Below are positions 1 to 8,506 of a stretch of 64,000 bases of DNA, piece by piece (position 1 is the stretch's first letter; every line of letters begins with the position of its first letter). Both the position numbers and the translations under genes were made by a program. The DNA lies in NCBI GenBank assembly GCA_965207735.1, contig OZ242296.1, positions 2,688,001 to 2,752,000 of the forward strand, in the 5' to 3' direction. The notes beneath the pieces were generated by a model, which was given only the letters and a program-made list of their open reading frames with translations, ran no database searches and was not told the origin of the DNA. The DNA comes from Candidatus Versatilivorator sp. (lineage in GTDB: Bacteria; Acidobacteriota; Terriglobia; Versatilivoradales; Versatilivoraceae).

Positions 1-1352
1 GGACTGGTTGCTGGAGCGTCAGGACCGGATTGAGCGCAAGCTGGCCAAGCGGCACCTGGCGGAAGGGGATGCGGTGCTCTATGACGTCAGCAGCAGTTAC
101 TACGAAGGCCAGACCTGCTCGCTGATGCAGTTCGGCCACAACCGGGACGGCAGGCGGGACCGGCCCATGGTGGTCTACGGGGTGCTGGCCGACCAGATGG
201 GGCGGCCGCTGTCGGTGCAGGCCTATGCCGGCAACACGGGGGATCCGACCACGGTGGGGGATCAGGTGGAGAAGGTGCGGGGTCGGTTTGGTCTGGAGCG
301 GGTGGTGCTGGTGGGGGACCGCGGGCTGCTGACCGAGACGCAGATCAGCCATCTGAAGCGTCATCCGGGAGTGGGGTGGGTCTCAGCCCTGCGCCACCAC
401 CAGATACGCCGTCTGGTGGAGAGCGAGGCGGTTCAGCTCTCCCTGTTCGACGAGCGTCATCTGGCCGAAGTCCGCAGCCCGGACTATCCGGGCGAGAGGC
501 TCATCGTCTGCCACAACCCGCTGCTGGCCGAGCATCGGCGGCGGAAGCGGGAGGCTTTGCTGACAGCCACCGAGGAGGCGCTGGCCGGAATCGCCCGCCA
601 GGTGGCCAGACGGACCCGCACGCCCTTGTCGGCGACCGAGATCGCCGAGAAAGTCGGCCGGGTCAAGAACCGCTTCCAGGTGGCCAAACACTTCCGGACC
701 CAGATCGCAGACGGGTCCTTCCACTATGAACGGCGCACCGACGCCATCATCCGGGAGGCGCAACTGGACGGGTTCTACATGCTGAGGACCAGCGAGCCAG
801 CCGATCGCCTGCCAACAGCCGCGGTGGTGCGCCGCTACAAGGACCTGACGCGGGTGGAGCGGGCCTTCCGCTCCCTCAAGACCGTCGACCTGCACATCCG
901 CCCCATCCGTCATCGGGTGGAGAGCCGGGTGCGGGCTCATCTGTTCCTGTGCCTGCTGGCCTATTACGTTCAGTGGCATCTGCGGCTGGCCCTGGCTCCG
1001 TTGCTGTTCGATGACGAGGAGTTGGAAGCGGAACGGGCACGGCGAGACCCGGTGCTGGCGGCCCAGCCGTCGGACTCCGCCAAACGGAAGAAGAGCAAAC
1101 GCCTCACCGAGGACGGCTTGCCGCTGCAGAGCCTGGAGACGTTGATGGCGCAGATGGCGACGCGGGCCCGCCACCAGTGCCGATTGCCCTCCGAACCCGA
1201 TGGTCCGCGAGTCCAGCGATTGACCGAGCCGACCCCGCTACAGCAAAGGGCCTTCGAGCTCATCAGGATGTTCCCAGGCAAGACAACCTGAGATTCCTGA
1301 TTGATGATTGAAGATAAAGGAGTTATCTTGTCGGTGGGTCAGGAACTTCGGC
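1..1352 (+). mobile_element. IS1634-family insertion sequence, left part outside the window
   Basis: Transposase ORF followed ~60 bp later by an end-like motif GGAACTTCGGC and then TTAA (1353-1356). The exact end is inferred because the other end is not visible. Confidence 0.75.
8..1291 (+). CDS. IS1634-family DDE transposase (5'-truncated by window edge)
   Basis: LYDVSSSYYEG, FGHNRDG, VGDRG and YKDLTRVERAFRSLK..L.IRPI.H motifs. Confidence 0.9.
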   Translation: MLERQDRIERKLAKRHLAEGDAVLYDVSSSYYEGQTCSLMQFGHNRDGRRDRPMVVYGVLADQMGRPLSVQAYAGNTGDPTTVGDQVEKVRGRFGLERVVLVGDRGLLTETQISHLKRHPGVGWVSALRHHQIRRLVESEAVQLSLFDERHLAEVRSPDYPGERLIVCHNPLLAEHRRRKREALLTATEEALAGIARQVARRTRTPLSATEIAEKVGRVKNRFQVAKHFRTQIADGSFHYERRTDAIIREAQLDGFYMLRTSEPADRLPTAAVVRRYKDLTRVERAFRSLKTVDLHIRPIRHRVESRVRAHLFLCLLAYYVQWHLRLALAPLLFDDEELEAERARRDPVLAAQPSDSAKRKKSKRLTEDGLPLQSLETLMAQMATRARHQCRLPSEPDGPRVQRLTEPTPLQQRAFELIRMFPGKTT

Positions 1353-1440
1353 TTAACGACCCCTCACCAACTACTGGTTTCAAAAAAAAATCAGTGGTGA
1401 GGCGTTTTCAAAATTCGGTAGCGGGTTCATTACCGGGAAT

Positions 1441-1517
1441 GGCCACAAAAGGCACAAAAAAAAAGAGCGGAACGATATCAGAAAATTCGTTTTGTGACTC
1501 TTGTGCTTTTTGTGGTG
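1441..1517. repeat. Palindromic intergenic repeat with ~9-bp periodic arms
   Basis: CCACAAAAGGCACAAAA...TTGTGACTCTTGTGCTTTTTGTGG; related copy at 10871-10945. Confidence 0.8.
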
Positions 1518-1519
1518 AA

Positions 1520-1543
1520 CCCGCATTTCTCACCAAGTTGCAC
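1520..1543. mobile_element. Orphan IS1380-like terminal inverted repeat (remnant)
   Basis: CCCGCATTTCTCACCA (1520-1535) is identical to the first 16 bp of the TIR of the IS1380 at 46739-48436. Confidence 0.65.
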
Positions 1544-1720
1544 CCGATATTGAAAAAGGCACAACATCACATTCGCCGGCAAGATGACCTGCCCGCTGCG
1601 AATATTGCAAAAGGCTCTCGTGTTTTGGACACTGGGAACAGCGGGTTGGCGACCGGCACGCTTGCCGCAGGGCGGCTGGTAGTGAGGATAGGGAGGGGGG
1701 TGAAATCCGGGAGAGGAAAG

Positions 1721-2806
1721 TCAGTCGGGTCGGCCGTTGAGCCATTGATACAGGGCCATCTCGGCCACAAACCCCGGACCGAAGGCAACCATGAGACCCA
1801 GGTCACCCACTTGAGGAGCCGAACGGTTCTGGATCTCCTGCATCACGGCCAGCACGGTGACGCTGCTCATGTTTCCCTTACTGAACAGAACATTGAGCGT
1901 GGGCTCGATGTCCTCACGGCTCAGGCCCAGTTGATTACCGATAATCTCTACGATTCGAACGCTGCCGGGGTGCATGACGAAGTGGTCCAGAGATTCCGCG
2001 GGGACCCGGCATTCTTGCAGAAAACCTTCCAGGGTCGGCTTGATCCGATTCTTGATGAAGGAAGGGATTTCCGGGGACAGAATAATTCTCAATCCCTCGT
2101 TGCGGAGCTCAAAGCCCATGTAATCCAGCGTGCCGGGAAAGAACCGGGTGGTGCAGCGCTGCATGGCCGGTAGAGGCTCGGGGCTGTTGAGCTTGCCGGA
2201 AATGACGGTGGCTGCCACGCCATCGCCAAACAGTGTCGAGCACACGATGTTGGTCATGCTCAAATCATTCAGCAGAAATGTCTGGGAGCAAAACTCATGG
2301 GCCAGCAGCACCACCGTTCGTTCCGGATAGGCACGACAGTACTCCCAGGCCCGCATCAGTCCGACCGCGCCACCGGCACAGCCATGCTCGGTAAGAATCA
2401 TGCGAGAGGCGTTGATTCCCAACTTGTTCATGATGTGGGCGTCGACGCCGGGAATCACAAAACCGGTGCAGGATACGCTGATGAACATGTCGACATCGGA
2501 AGGATGGATTCGGTTCAGCTCAAGGGTTTGCTGAACGGCCTCGGTCCCCAGTTGAATGGAGGCCTCGACATATTGGTTGTTGGTGGTATGGAAGTCTCTG
2601 GTCTGGAGGACCTCGTCCGGCGGAAGGAGGATATATCGGGATTCGATCTGGGTTTTGGCCAGGACGGACTCCAGCTTGGCAATCAGCTGGTCGCTTGTCC
2701 CGCGATCCTCCAACCATCGCCGCAGGTAGGCTCGACTGACGTCCGCACTGACCTTGTGGGGAGGATGGGTTACAGCAACCTTGCCCGTCTGGACATGACT
2801 TAGCAA
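1721..2806 (-). CDS. Type III polyketide synthase (chalcone/stilbene synthase-like)
   Basis: Cys-His-Asn triad contexts GCAGGA, HPG, GNMSS; LFGDG; AFGPG. Start reassigned to TTG 2806 after a GAGGA RBS; the ORF-track upstream extension is repeat DNA. Confidence 0.9.
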   Translation of the reverse strand: MLSHVQTGKVAVTHPPHKVSADVSRAYLRRWLEDRGTSDQLIAKLESVLAKTQIESRYILLPPDEVLQTRDFHTTNNQYVEASIQLGTEAVQQTLELNRIHPSDVDMFISVSCTGFVIPGVDAHIMNKLGINASRMILTEHGCAGGAVGLMRAWEYCRAYPERTVVLLAHEFCSQTFLLNDLSMTNIVCSTLFGDGVAATVISGKLNSPEPLPAMQRCTTRFFPGTLDYMGFELRNEGLRIILSPEIPSFIKNRIKPTLEGFLQECRVPAESLDHFVMHPGSVRIVEIIGNQLGLSREDIEPTLNVLFSKGNMSSVTVLAVMQEIQNRSAPQVGDLGLMVAFGPGFVAEMALYQWLNGRPD

Positions 2807-2949
2807 CGCGCGGTCCTCTATTCGTTCACGGGAATTCCCGGGTCGCCAGTATGGGGCTCGACGGTGTTGCTGTCGGAGGGAAACTCCAGGGTTCTCTTGT
2901 CGAATCGCCCGAACACTATACCCGCATTGCCAACCATTGACAAAAGGTA

Positions 2950-3330
2950 TTTGTCCCGAGACGGCTGGCCCTTTCCCCACTTCTCGCCTGGGGCCGGGCC
3001 CAGGCGATTCCCGCCGGCAGTGTGGCCGGGTGCCGCATCGCAGGGAAACTGAGCGATAACCCAAGGGAGAGAATGCGGGCGGGACGCCCGCGCTCCCGGG
3101 TGGTGTCGTCTCGATGGTGCAGTGGGGGCATCCGGTGGGCAAATTCTCTGAAAGCCGACCGGCGCCTTTTGGGAAACTCCCGTTTGTCCGCGAGCCCTGC
3201 CCCCGCCCTGCCGGGCGGATTATACGAGAGCAATACAATCGGACAATCGGAAATCGATATTCCTTTCGCGACCTTGGTATCCCGTCGCGGTTAACCTCAG
3301 CGCCTTAGTGGCCCTTCGTGGATTTCTTTC
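2950..3330. repeat. Mosaic intergenic repeat
   Basis: 3110-3325 aligns with the reverse complement of 55495-55700 and partly with 46636-46738 plus 48441-48480; contains REP-like GCGGGCGGGACGCCCGCGCTCCC. Confidence 0.85.
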
Positions 3331-4288
3331 TTGGGGGCCGAGGTTGCCCGGCTGTTGCATAGTAGCCGCTTCGAGCTCTCACCTGGGCTCCGGAAAGGTC
3401 CACCTCTATCCGAATCCTGCGGAATTTATCGGGCTCTCGCTTGTGCCGGGGGTAATACCCCAGCAGGTATTGGGTCCGCAACTCATTTCCAATCCGGGCA
3501 AAGGATTCCCGCAAAGCATCAGCAGAGGTCACTGAAAAAGTCCTTCCACCGGTTTGCCGAGTCAAGTAGATCATACTGCGCTCCCCGGCCAGATTCCGGC
3601 CGGCTTCGCTCTTGATGGGCTGCACCAGCAAGACATAGACGACAGCTTCTGAAGCCAGCACCTGTCGCAGGCATTCTTCCATGGGAATCTTGCTGGTGGT
3701 ATCCGTACCATCCGAGATAATCAGAATTACCCTGCGCCCTCGAGACGACGACAGTGCTTGCGAGGCCAGATAGACAGCGTCGTACAGCGAGGTTCCACCT
3801 CCCGGGCGGATGGAGCGGAGTGCCTTGGCCATGGCCTTGGGACGGGAGGTCTCCCCCACCAGCTCAACCACGTCTTCGGACACCTGCAGAATCGATACTC
3901 GATCCACAGGGCTCACCACCACCCGCAAAAAGTCCATGGCCGCTTCCTGTTGAGATCCCAGCTCGGTGGTGATACTCAGGGAGCTGTCGAATAGCAGTTG
4001 AAGCTTCAGGGCTCGCTCGGACTCCCTGGCGAAGAGAGCGATCTCCTGTGGGATTCCGTTTTCGAAGAGGCGAAAGTCATTCCGGGTGAGCCCCGTGGCC
4101 AAGGCGCCCTCAGCCGTCGTCACCGAGGCCAGCACGCTGACCAGGTCGACGTCGACAACCAGCTTATAGTCCCGATCCGGGGACGCTTGGGAGGGTGCCG
4201 GCAACACACTCGGACCATATAGGCAGAGGGCCGTCCCAAACAGGAAGGGTGGCAGCCTCGAACTCCAAGAGGGAATGGTGAGGGGCAT
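3305..4288 (-). CDS. VWA domain protein (Acidobacteria VWFA-related type), signal peptide
   Basis: MIDAS DSSLS, GGTSLYDA, ISDG.D, TGG, QYLLGYYP, ARSGYYA. Confidence 0.85.
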   Translation of the reverse strand: MPLTIPSWSSRLPPFLFGTALCLYGPSVLPAPSQASPDRDYKLVVDVDLVSVLASVTTAEGALATGLTRNDFRLFENGIPQEIALFARESERALKLQLLFDSSLSITTELGSQQEAAMDFLRVVVSPVDRVSILQVSEDVVELVGETSRPKAMAKALRSIRPGGGTSLYDAVYLASQALSSSRGRRVILIISDGTDTTSKIPMEECLRQVLASEAVVYVLLVQPIKSEAGRNLAGERSMIYLTRQTGGRTFSVTSADALRESFARIGNELRTQYLLGYYPRHKREPDKFRRIRIEVDLSGAQVRARSGYYATAGQPRPPRKKSTKGH

Positions 4289-4386
4289 GGTCGACGACCG
4301 GGCGTTTCTTCATGACTGAGATGAAGCGCCAGGTGGCCGGGTTGTAGCCGGAATTATGATTCCAGCGACTTGGGTAGAAATGCGGG

Positions 4387-5115
4387 CTAGGGTGATGCCG
4401 GACCGCCCTCAGTCGCATGGGATTCGCCTTCCACCCAGACTTCGCCGTCTTCGAAGAACTCCTTCTTCCAGATGGGAACCGTCTGCTTCAACCGGTCGAT
4501 GGCGTACCGGCAGGACTCGAAGGCAATCCCCCGATGGGGTGAAGTGATGACAATGGCGACACTCACTTCTCCAATCTCCAACCGTCCCAGCCGATGGACC
4601 ATCCCCACCTGTCCAATTTGCCAGCGCTGCCTGACCGACTCGCCGATCTCGCGCATCTTGCGAAGGGCCATGGGCTCATAGGCTTCGTAGAACAAGTGAG
4701 TGGTTCTGCGCCCGCGGGTGTTGTTGCGGACGATCCCGAAAAAGGTTACTGCGGCCCCATCCTGGTCGCGAGTGAGCTGTGATACCAGCCCCTTGGTTCG
4801 AATGCTCTCCCGGACGATCTGGCAGATGTCTCCCGCCGCATCGACGGGATAGTCGGCTTCCGGTGGCGATTGGCCACCACTGACGGGTGGAAACAGGGCC
4901 AACTCATCCCCTTCCGCGACTGGTGTGTTCCAGTCTGCAAATTCCTGATTCACCGCCACCAGGAGGCTGCGGCTGAAGGATTCCAGCTCGGGGTATCGGG
5001 CACTGAGGATTCGATAGGCATCCTCGACCGACTCGATATCGGGGCTGTCCAACTCGATACTCCCCGTGCCCACCAGATCCCTCAGCCGTGCGAACAGGAG
5101 GATTCGAACTTTCAT
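4387..5115 (-). CDS. moaD-moaE: Molybdopterin synthase MoaD-MoaE fusion (MoaX-like)
   Basis: N-terminal ubiquitin-like domain ending PPVSGG, then MoaE motifs YEAYEPMA, HRLG, PIWKKE. Confidence 0.9.
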   Translation of the reverse strand: MKVRILLFARLRDLVGTGSIELDSPDIESVEDAYRILSARYPELESFSRSLLVAVNQEFADWNTPVAEGDELALFPPVSGGQSPPEADYPVDAAGDICQIVRESIRTKGLVSQLTRDQDGAAVTFFGIVRNNTRGRRTTHLFYEAYEPMALRKMREIGESVRQRWQIGQVGMVHRLGRLEIGEVSVAIVITSPHRGIAFESCRYAIDRLKQTVPIWKKEFFEDGEVWVEGESHATEGGPASP

Positions 5116-5214
5116 GGGAACCATTGGAAGGTAAGATCCGGCCTGCCGTCAAGCCAAAATCCACTTGAGCGTGAACACCGAGCGTTATCTGCATTGGCCA
5201 ATAAAGCAGAAGCA

Positions 5215-5345
5215 TAGGGCGCCGCTTGTCGTTGAAGGAGGCCCATCAGTCTTCGTGTCTATTCGTGTTCATTCGTGGTTCGTCTTCATTAACGACGGGC
5301 TGTCTTTCCTCTAAATGATCCGCCCGGAAGGGCGGGGGCGAGACT
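5215..5345. repeat. Intergenic repeat modules
   Basis: 5217-5290 matches 55774-55847 (GGGCGCCGCT...ATTCGTGTTCATT.GTGGTTCGTCTTCATT); 5315-5340 is a reverse partial copy of the hairpin unit. Confidence 0.75.
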
Positions 5346-5434
5346 TGCCTGATACAATTGGGTGCACAACCCAGGCAGGATCCTTTCGCCGGTGCCTTTG
5401 CGGCATGGAGCTGTCTGATTTGGAGTTGCAAGAC

Positions 5435-5749
5435 ATGTCAGGATCCAACTCCCACGGCTTCACCAGAAACCTACGCCCAGGGAGTCCGGGTACATTCGTC
5501 TGCCAAGCCTGCGGCGCCCCCTTGGAGGTAGTGGTGCACTTCAACGGACGCATCGTCTGGCCGGTAGAGCCCGGAAACCCCGAATTCGGCGAAGAGCAGC
5601 CATTTCTGCGAGGCGAAACTCGTAAGGTGTCGGTCGTGTGCACCGCCGATGTCTTCCACTCCAGCGGCTACAGCGTGGTGGACGGGGTGTTGGCCGAGAC
5701 CCGGGACACGCGCTCCGGAGACTCGACCCGTCGAAGCCGGACAGACTGA
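5435..5749 (+). CDS. Small hypothetical protein, possible Zn-binding (CxxC...CxxxxxH)
   Basis: GGAG RBS before ATG 5435; CQACG and CTADVFH motifs. Confidence 0.55.
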   Translation: MSGSNSHGFTRNLRPGSPGTFVCQACGAPLEVVVHFNGRIVWPVEPGNPEFGEEQPFLRGETRKVSVVCTADVFHSSGYSVVDGVLAETRDTRSGDSTRRSRTD

Positions 5750-5850
5750 AAGTCAACCGTCGAAAACGATACCCGGCCAGCCTGACTAAGCCGCTATGGT
5801 ACGGTTCTTAAACGCCATCATCGGTGACGGACCGGCACCCGGAATAGACC

Positions 5851-5880
5851 TTGACAAGGCTTAACTCGGGAATATATAAA
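5851..5880 (+). promoter_or_regulatory. Sigma70-type promoter upstream of the hup leader
   Basis: TTGACA (5851-5856), then 16-18 bp to TATATA/TATAAA. Confidence 0.7.
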
Positions 5881-6200
5881 GCTCGCACCTTAGCCCGCAT
5901 TTCGGACCGGGGCCTGCGCTCGTAAGGCAAGTGCAGAAGATGGCTCGGGATGTTGCTCTCCAGTTCGTGGTCGCGGCCAAAGAACATGGCGGGGCCACGT
6001 TCGAGGAAGGATAAGCACTGCCAAGTGGATAGGACAATCGGAGACTGCCGGCTGTCGTTCGGGCGCCGAAGGCTCGAAACCAGGCGGCGGCGGACACCGA
6101 AGACAAGCTCTCTATAAACGAAATACCCAGCGACTCGGTGAGAGATGCGGGAATCAGGCCGGCCTTCCGCACTAAATCGGGCTAACCAGGAGGGGACACC

Positions 6201-6488
6201 GTGAACAAAGCCGATCTGATTGAAAAAATCGCCAAGGATGCCAAGATCAACAAGACGCAGGCCGACGCCGCCATCAATTCGGCCTTGGCGGGTATTCAGA
6301 GCGCGCTCAGAAAAGGCGAACGAGTGACCTTGGTCGGCTTTGGAACCTTTTCAACAGGTACTCGGAAAGCCAGAACCGGTCGCAATCCCCAGACAGGCGG
6401 CACCATCCAGATCGAGGCCAAGAAAGTCGCCAGGTTCTCCCCCGGAGCCGAACTGAAAGCTGCGGTCAACCGCAAGAAAAAACGGTAG
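6201..6488 (+). CDS. hup: DNA-binding protein HU
   Basis: MNKADLI, GFGTF, GRNPQTG; strong AGGAGG RBS. Confidence 0.97.
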   Translation: MNKADLIEKIAKDAKINKTQADAAINSALAGIQSALRKGERVTLVGFGTFSTGTRKARTGRNPQTGGTIQIEAKKVARFSPGAELKAAVNRKKKR

Positions 6489-6636
6489 CGACCAGGCTCG
6501 TATGACGGAGGCTGAAGCTCTGCCCCCAAATTCCTTCCCCTGACGAGGCGCCACGCCACCAGCATGACCGGAACCGGCTGGTCTTTCGCTTGACATCCCG
6601 GACGACTTGCTCCATTTTCAGGGCAGGAACTGAAAA

Positions 6637-7590
6637 ATGCCGGGAAATCCTGAACCCAACCGGAGCGGGAATCATTCCAAGAAGGGACATCGGGGATGGC
6701 TTCCAGTCACAGGCGCTCTCCTGTGCTGCCTCCCTCTGATCCCCAACGGGCTCTTGAAGGCACCAGCTCGCTCCGACCACAGGCCTTTGCCGGTAACTCT
6801 CCACTTGGCGGTAACCGACCGGAACGGGGAACCGGTCGAGAACCTCCAAGCCGCCGACTTCCAGATCTTCGAGAAAAAGAAGCTGCAGCAGGTTACCCGG
6901 GTCCGTTTCGAGAGAAACGTCCCGGTCTCCCTTGGCATTTTGGTCGATGTGAGCAAGAGCATGGAGGGGAACGGAATCCGCCTGGCATTGAAGCTGCTGA
7001 ATCATTTGGCGACCAAGCTGGAGAGTCCGGACGAACTGTTTGTGAACGCCTTCAGCAACGACTCCCAGGAGCTGCTCGATTACATCGCCCCGGAAGACTA
7101 TCTGGAGGACGCCATCGAGAACCTGGGAACCGGCGGCAGGCCGCACATGGGCTTGGCTCTGGATTTGGCCCTGATCAAGTTGCGGGCCGCCAGCAACACC
7201 AATCGTGCCGTCCTGTTCATCTCGGCAGGGCGGGATATCGCCGGGCCAGCGACCCTGGATCACATCGCGCGACACCGTTATCCCGTCTACGCGCTGGGAA
7301 TAGAGGGAGCCATCAGTTTCCGGACAAGGCTCAAGATTCTGAACGTCAAGGGCTCAGCCCTCAAGGTTTACACCAACCATTCCGGTGGATCGGCATATTT
7401 CGTGGAAACGGAAGAAGAGGCCGCCGCCGCCCTGGAGATGCTTCCCTACCAACTCAAGAACCGGTTCGTGCTGGAATACCTTTCCACCCATCCCCAGAGA
7501 GACGGCAAGTCCAGAAGGATTCGGGTCGCGGTGAGTCATCCCCAATACCAGGTCCGACACCTGAAACAGTACCAGGCGCCACGACGCTAG
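6637..7590 (+). CDS. VWA domain protein (Acidobacteria VWFA-related type)
   Basis: VTDRNG..V.NL...DF, DVSKSM MIDAS, C-terminal RDGK.RRIRV. Confidence 0.8.
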   Translation: MPGNPEPNRSGNHSKKGHRGWLPVTGALLCCLPLIPNGLLKAPARSDHRPLPVTLHLAVTDRNGEPVENLQAADFQIFEKKKLQQVTRVRFERNVPVSLGILVDVSKSMEGNGIRLALKLLNHLATKLESPDELFVNAFSNDSQELLDYIAPEDYLEDAIENLGTGGRPHMGLALDLALIKLRAASNTNRAVLFISAGRDIAGPATLDHIARHRYPVYALGIEGAISFRTRLKILNVKGSALKVYTNHSGGSAYFVETEEEAAAALEMLPYQLKNRFVLEYLSTHPQRDGKSRRIRVAVSHPQYQVRHLKQYQAPRR

Positions 7591-7593
7591 CTC

Positions 7594-8475
7594 TCATTTC
7601 TGACACCGGGGGCAGAAATGGCTGCCTCGCTGCGACACGATGATCCGGGAAACCGGGCTGAGGCAGCGACGGCAGGGCTCCCCCGAACGCCCGTAGACCC
7701 TTAGCCGTTCCTGATTGGCCCCTGCCTCACCGCGGGCGTTGACGTAGTTTTGAAAACTGGTGCCGCCGTACCTGAGACCTCGTTTGAGCACCCTTGGGAT
7801 GGACCGGAACAGCTTTCGTTTTTCGTCTTCCGTCAAGGACTCGCAAGGCCGCAGCGGATGGATACCCGACTCAAACAGCGCCTCGTCCACGTAGATGTTC
7901 CCCAAGCCTGCCACAAAATGCTGGTTGAGCAGCAGGCTCTTGATCCGCGTCCTCCTGTTCTCCAATCCAGCCAGGAAGCGAGACCAGGAATATTGAGCGG
8001 TGAAGGGCTCGATGCCCAAGCTCCAGTATTCCTTGGCTTGCTTGAACTCATCCATGGCATAGAGGCGCCATTTGCCGAACTGGCGAATATCCCTGTAGTG
8101 CATGGCATTGCCATCCGTGAAATAGAGGCTCAGATGCGTATGCTTGTCGACGGCATGTTGCCGCGCCTTCTGTAGTCCGGTCACGGGATGGACGAAGAAG
8201 TCGGGGTCATCGATTCTGCTCTTGTCGCGGTAGGTCAACTGGCCCGTCATGCCCAGGTGCACCAGCAACTGAAAATGATCGGTGGTGAAAAGGAGGAATT
8301 TGCCCCGGCGCGAGACTCGCCGGATGGTTTGAGCCTTGAGCTGTCGAGACCAGCGGCCGGGCTGCGGGCGCACCACGATCCGCCGATTTCTGATGGCCAC
8401 TCTGGAGATGGTCTTGCCCAGGACGCTGCCGGCAAGTCCGATTCGGATCGTTTCAACTTCAGGCAGCTCCGGCAT
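7594..8475 (-). CDS. mutM: Formamidopyrimidine-DNA glycosylase
   Basis: MPELPEVE, RRGKFL, HLGMTG, GLGNIY, C-terminal zinc finger CPRCQ. Confidence 0.97.
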   Translation of the reverse strand: MPELPEVETIRIGLAGSVLGKTISRVAIRNRRIVVRPQPGRWSRQLKAQTIRRVSRRGKFLLFTTDHFQLLVHLGMTGQLTYRDKSRIDDPDFFVHPVTGLQKARQHAVDKHTHLSLYFTDGNAMHYRDIRQFGKWRLYAMDEFKQAKEYWSLGIEPFTAQYSWSRFLAGLENRRTRIKSLLLNQHFVAGLGNIYVDEALFESGIHPLRPCESLTEDEKRKLFRSIPRVLKRGLRYGGTSFQNYVNARGEAGANQERLRVYGRSGEPCRRCLSPVSRIIVSQRGSHFCPRCQK

Positions 8476-8506
8476 GCGGTCCCCGGCACCGGTCCAAAGG
8501 GAAACT

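Noticed and set aside
2807-3238. N-terminal extension of the type III PKS in the ORF track
   Set aside because: It translates intergenic repeat DNA also found at ~55500-55700; an RBS and TTG at 2806 give a normal-sized enzyme.
5885-6190. tmRNA, RNase P or 6S RNA upstream of hup
   Set aside because: No tRNA-like ends or RNase P conserved regions were recognised; kept only as an unassigned structured leader.
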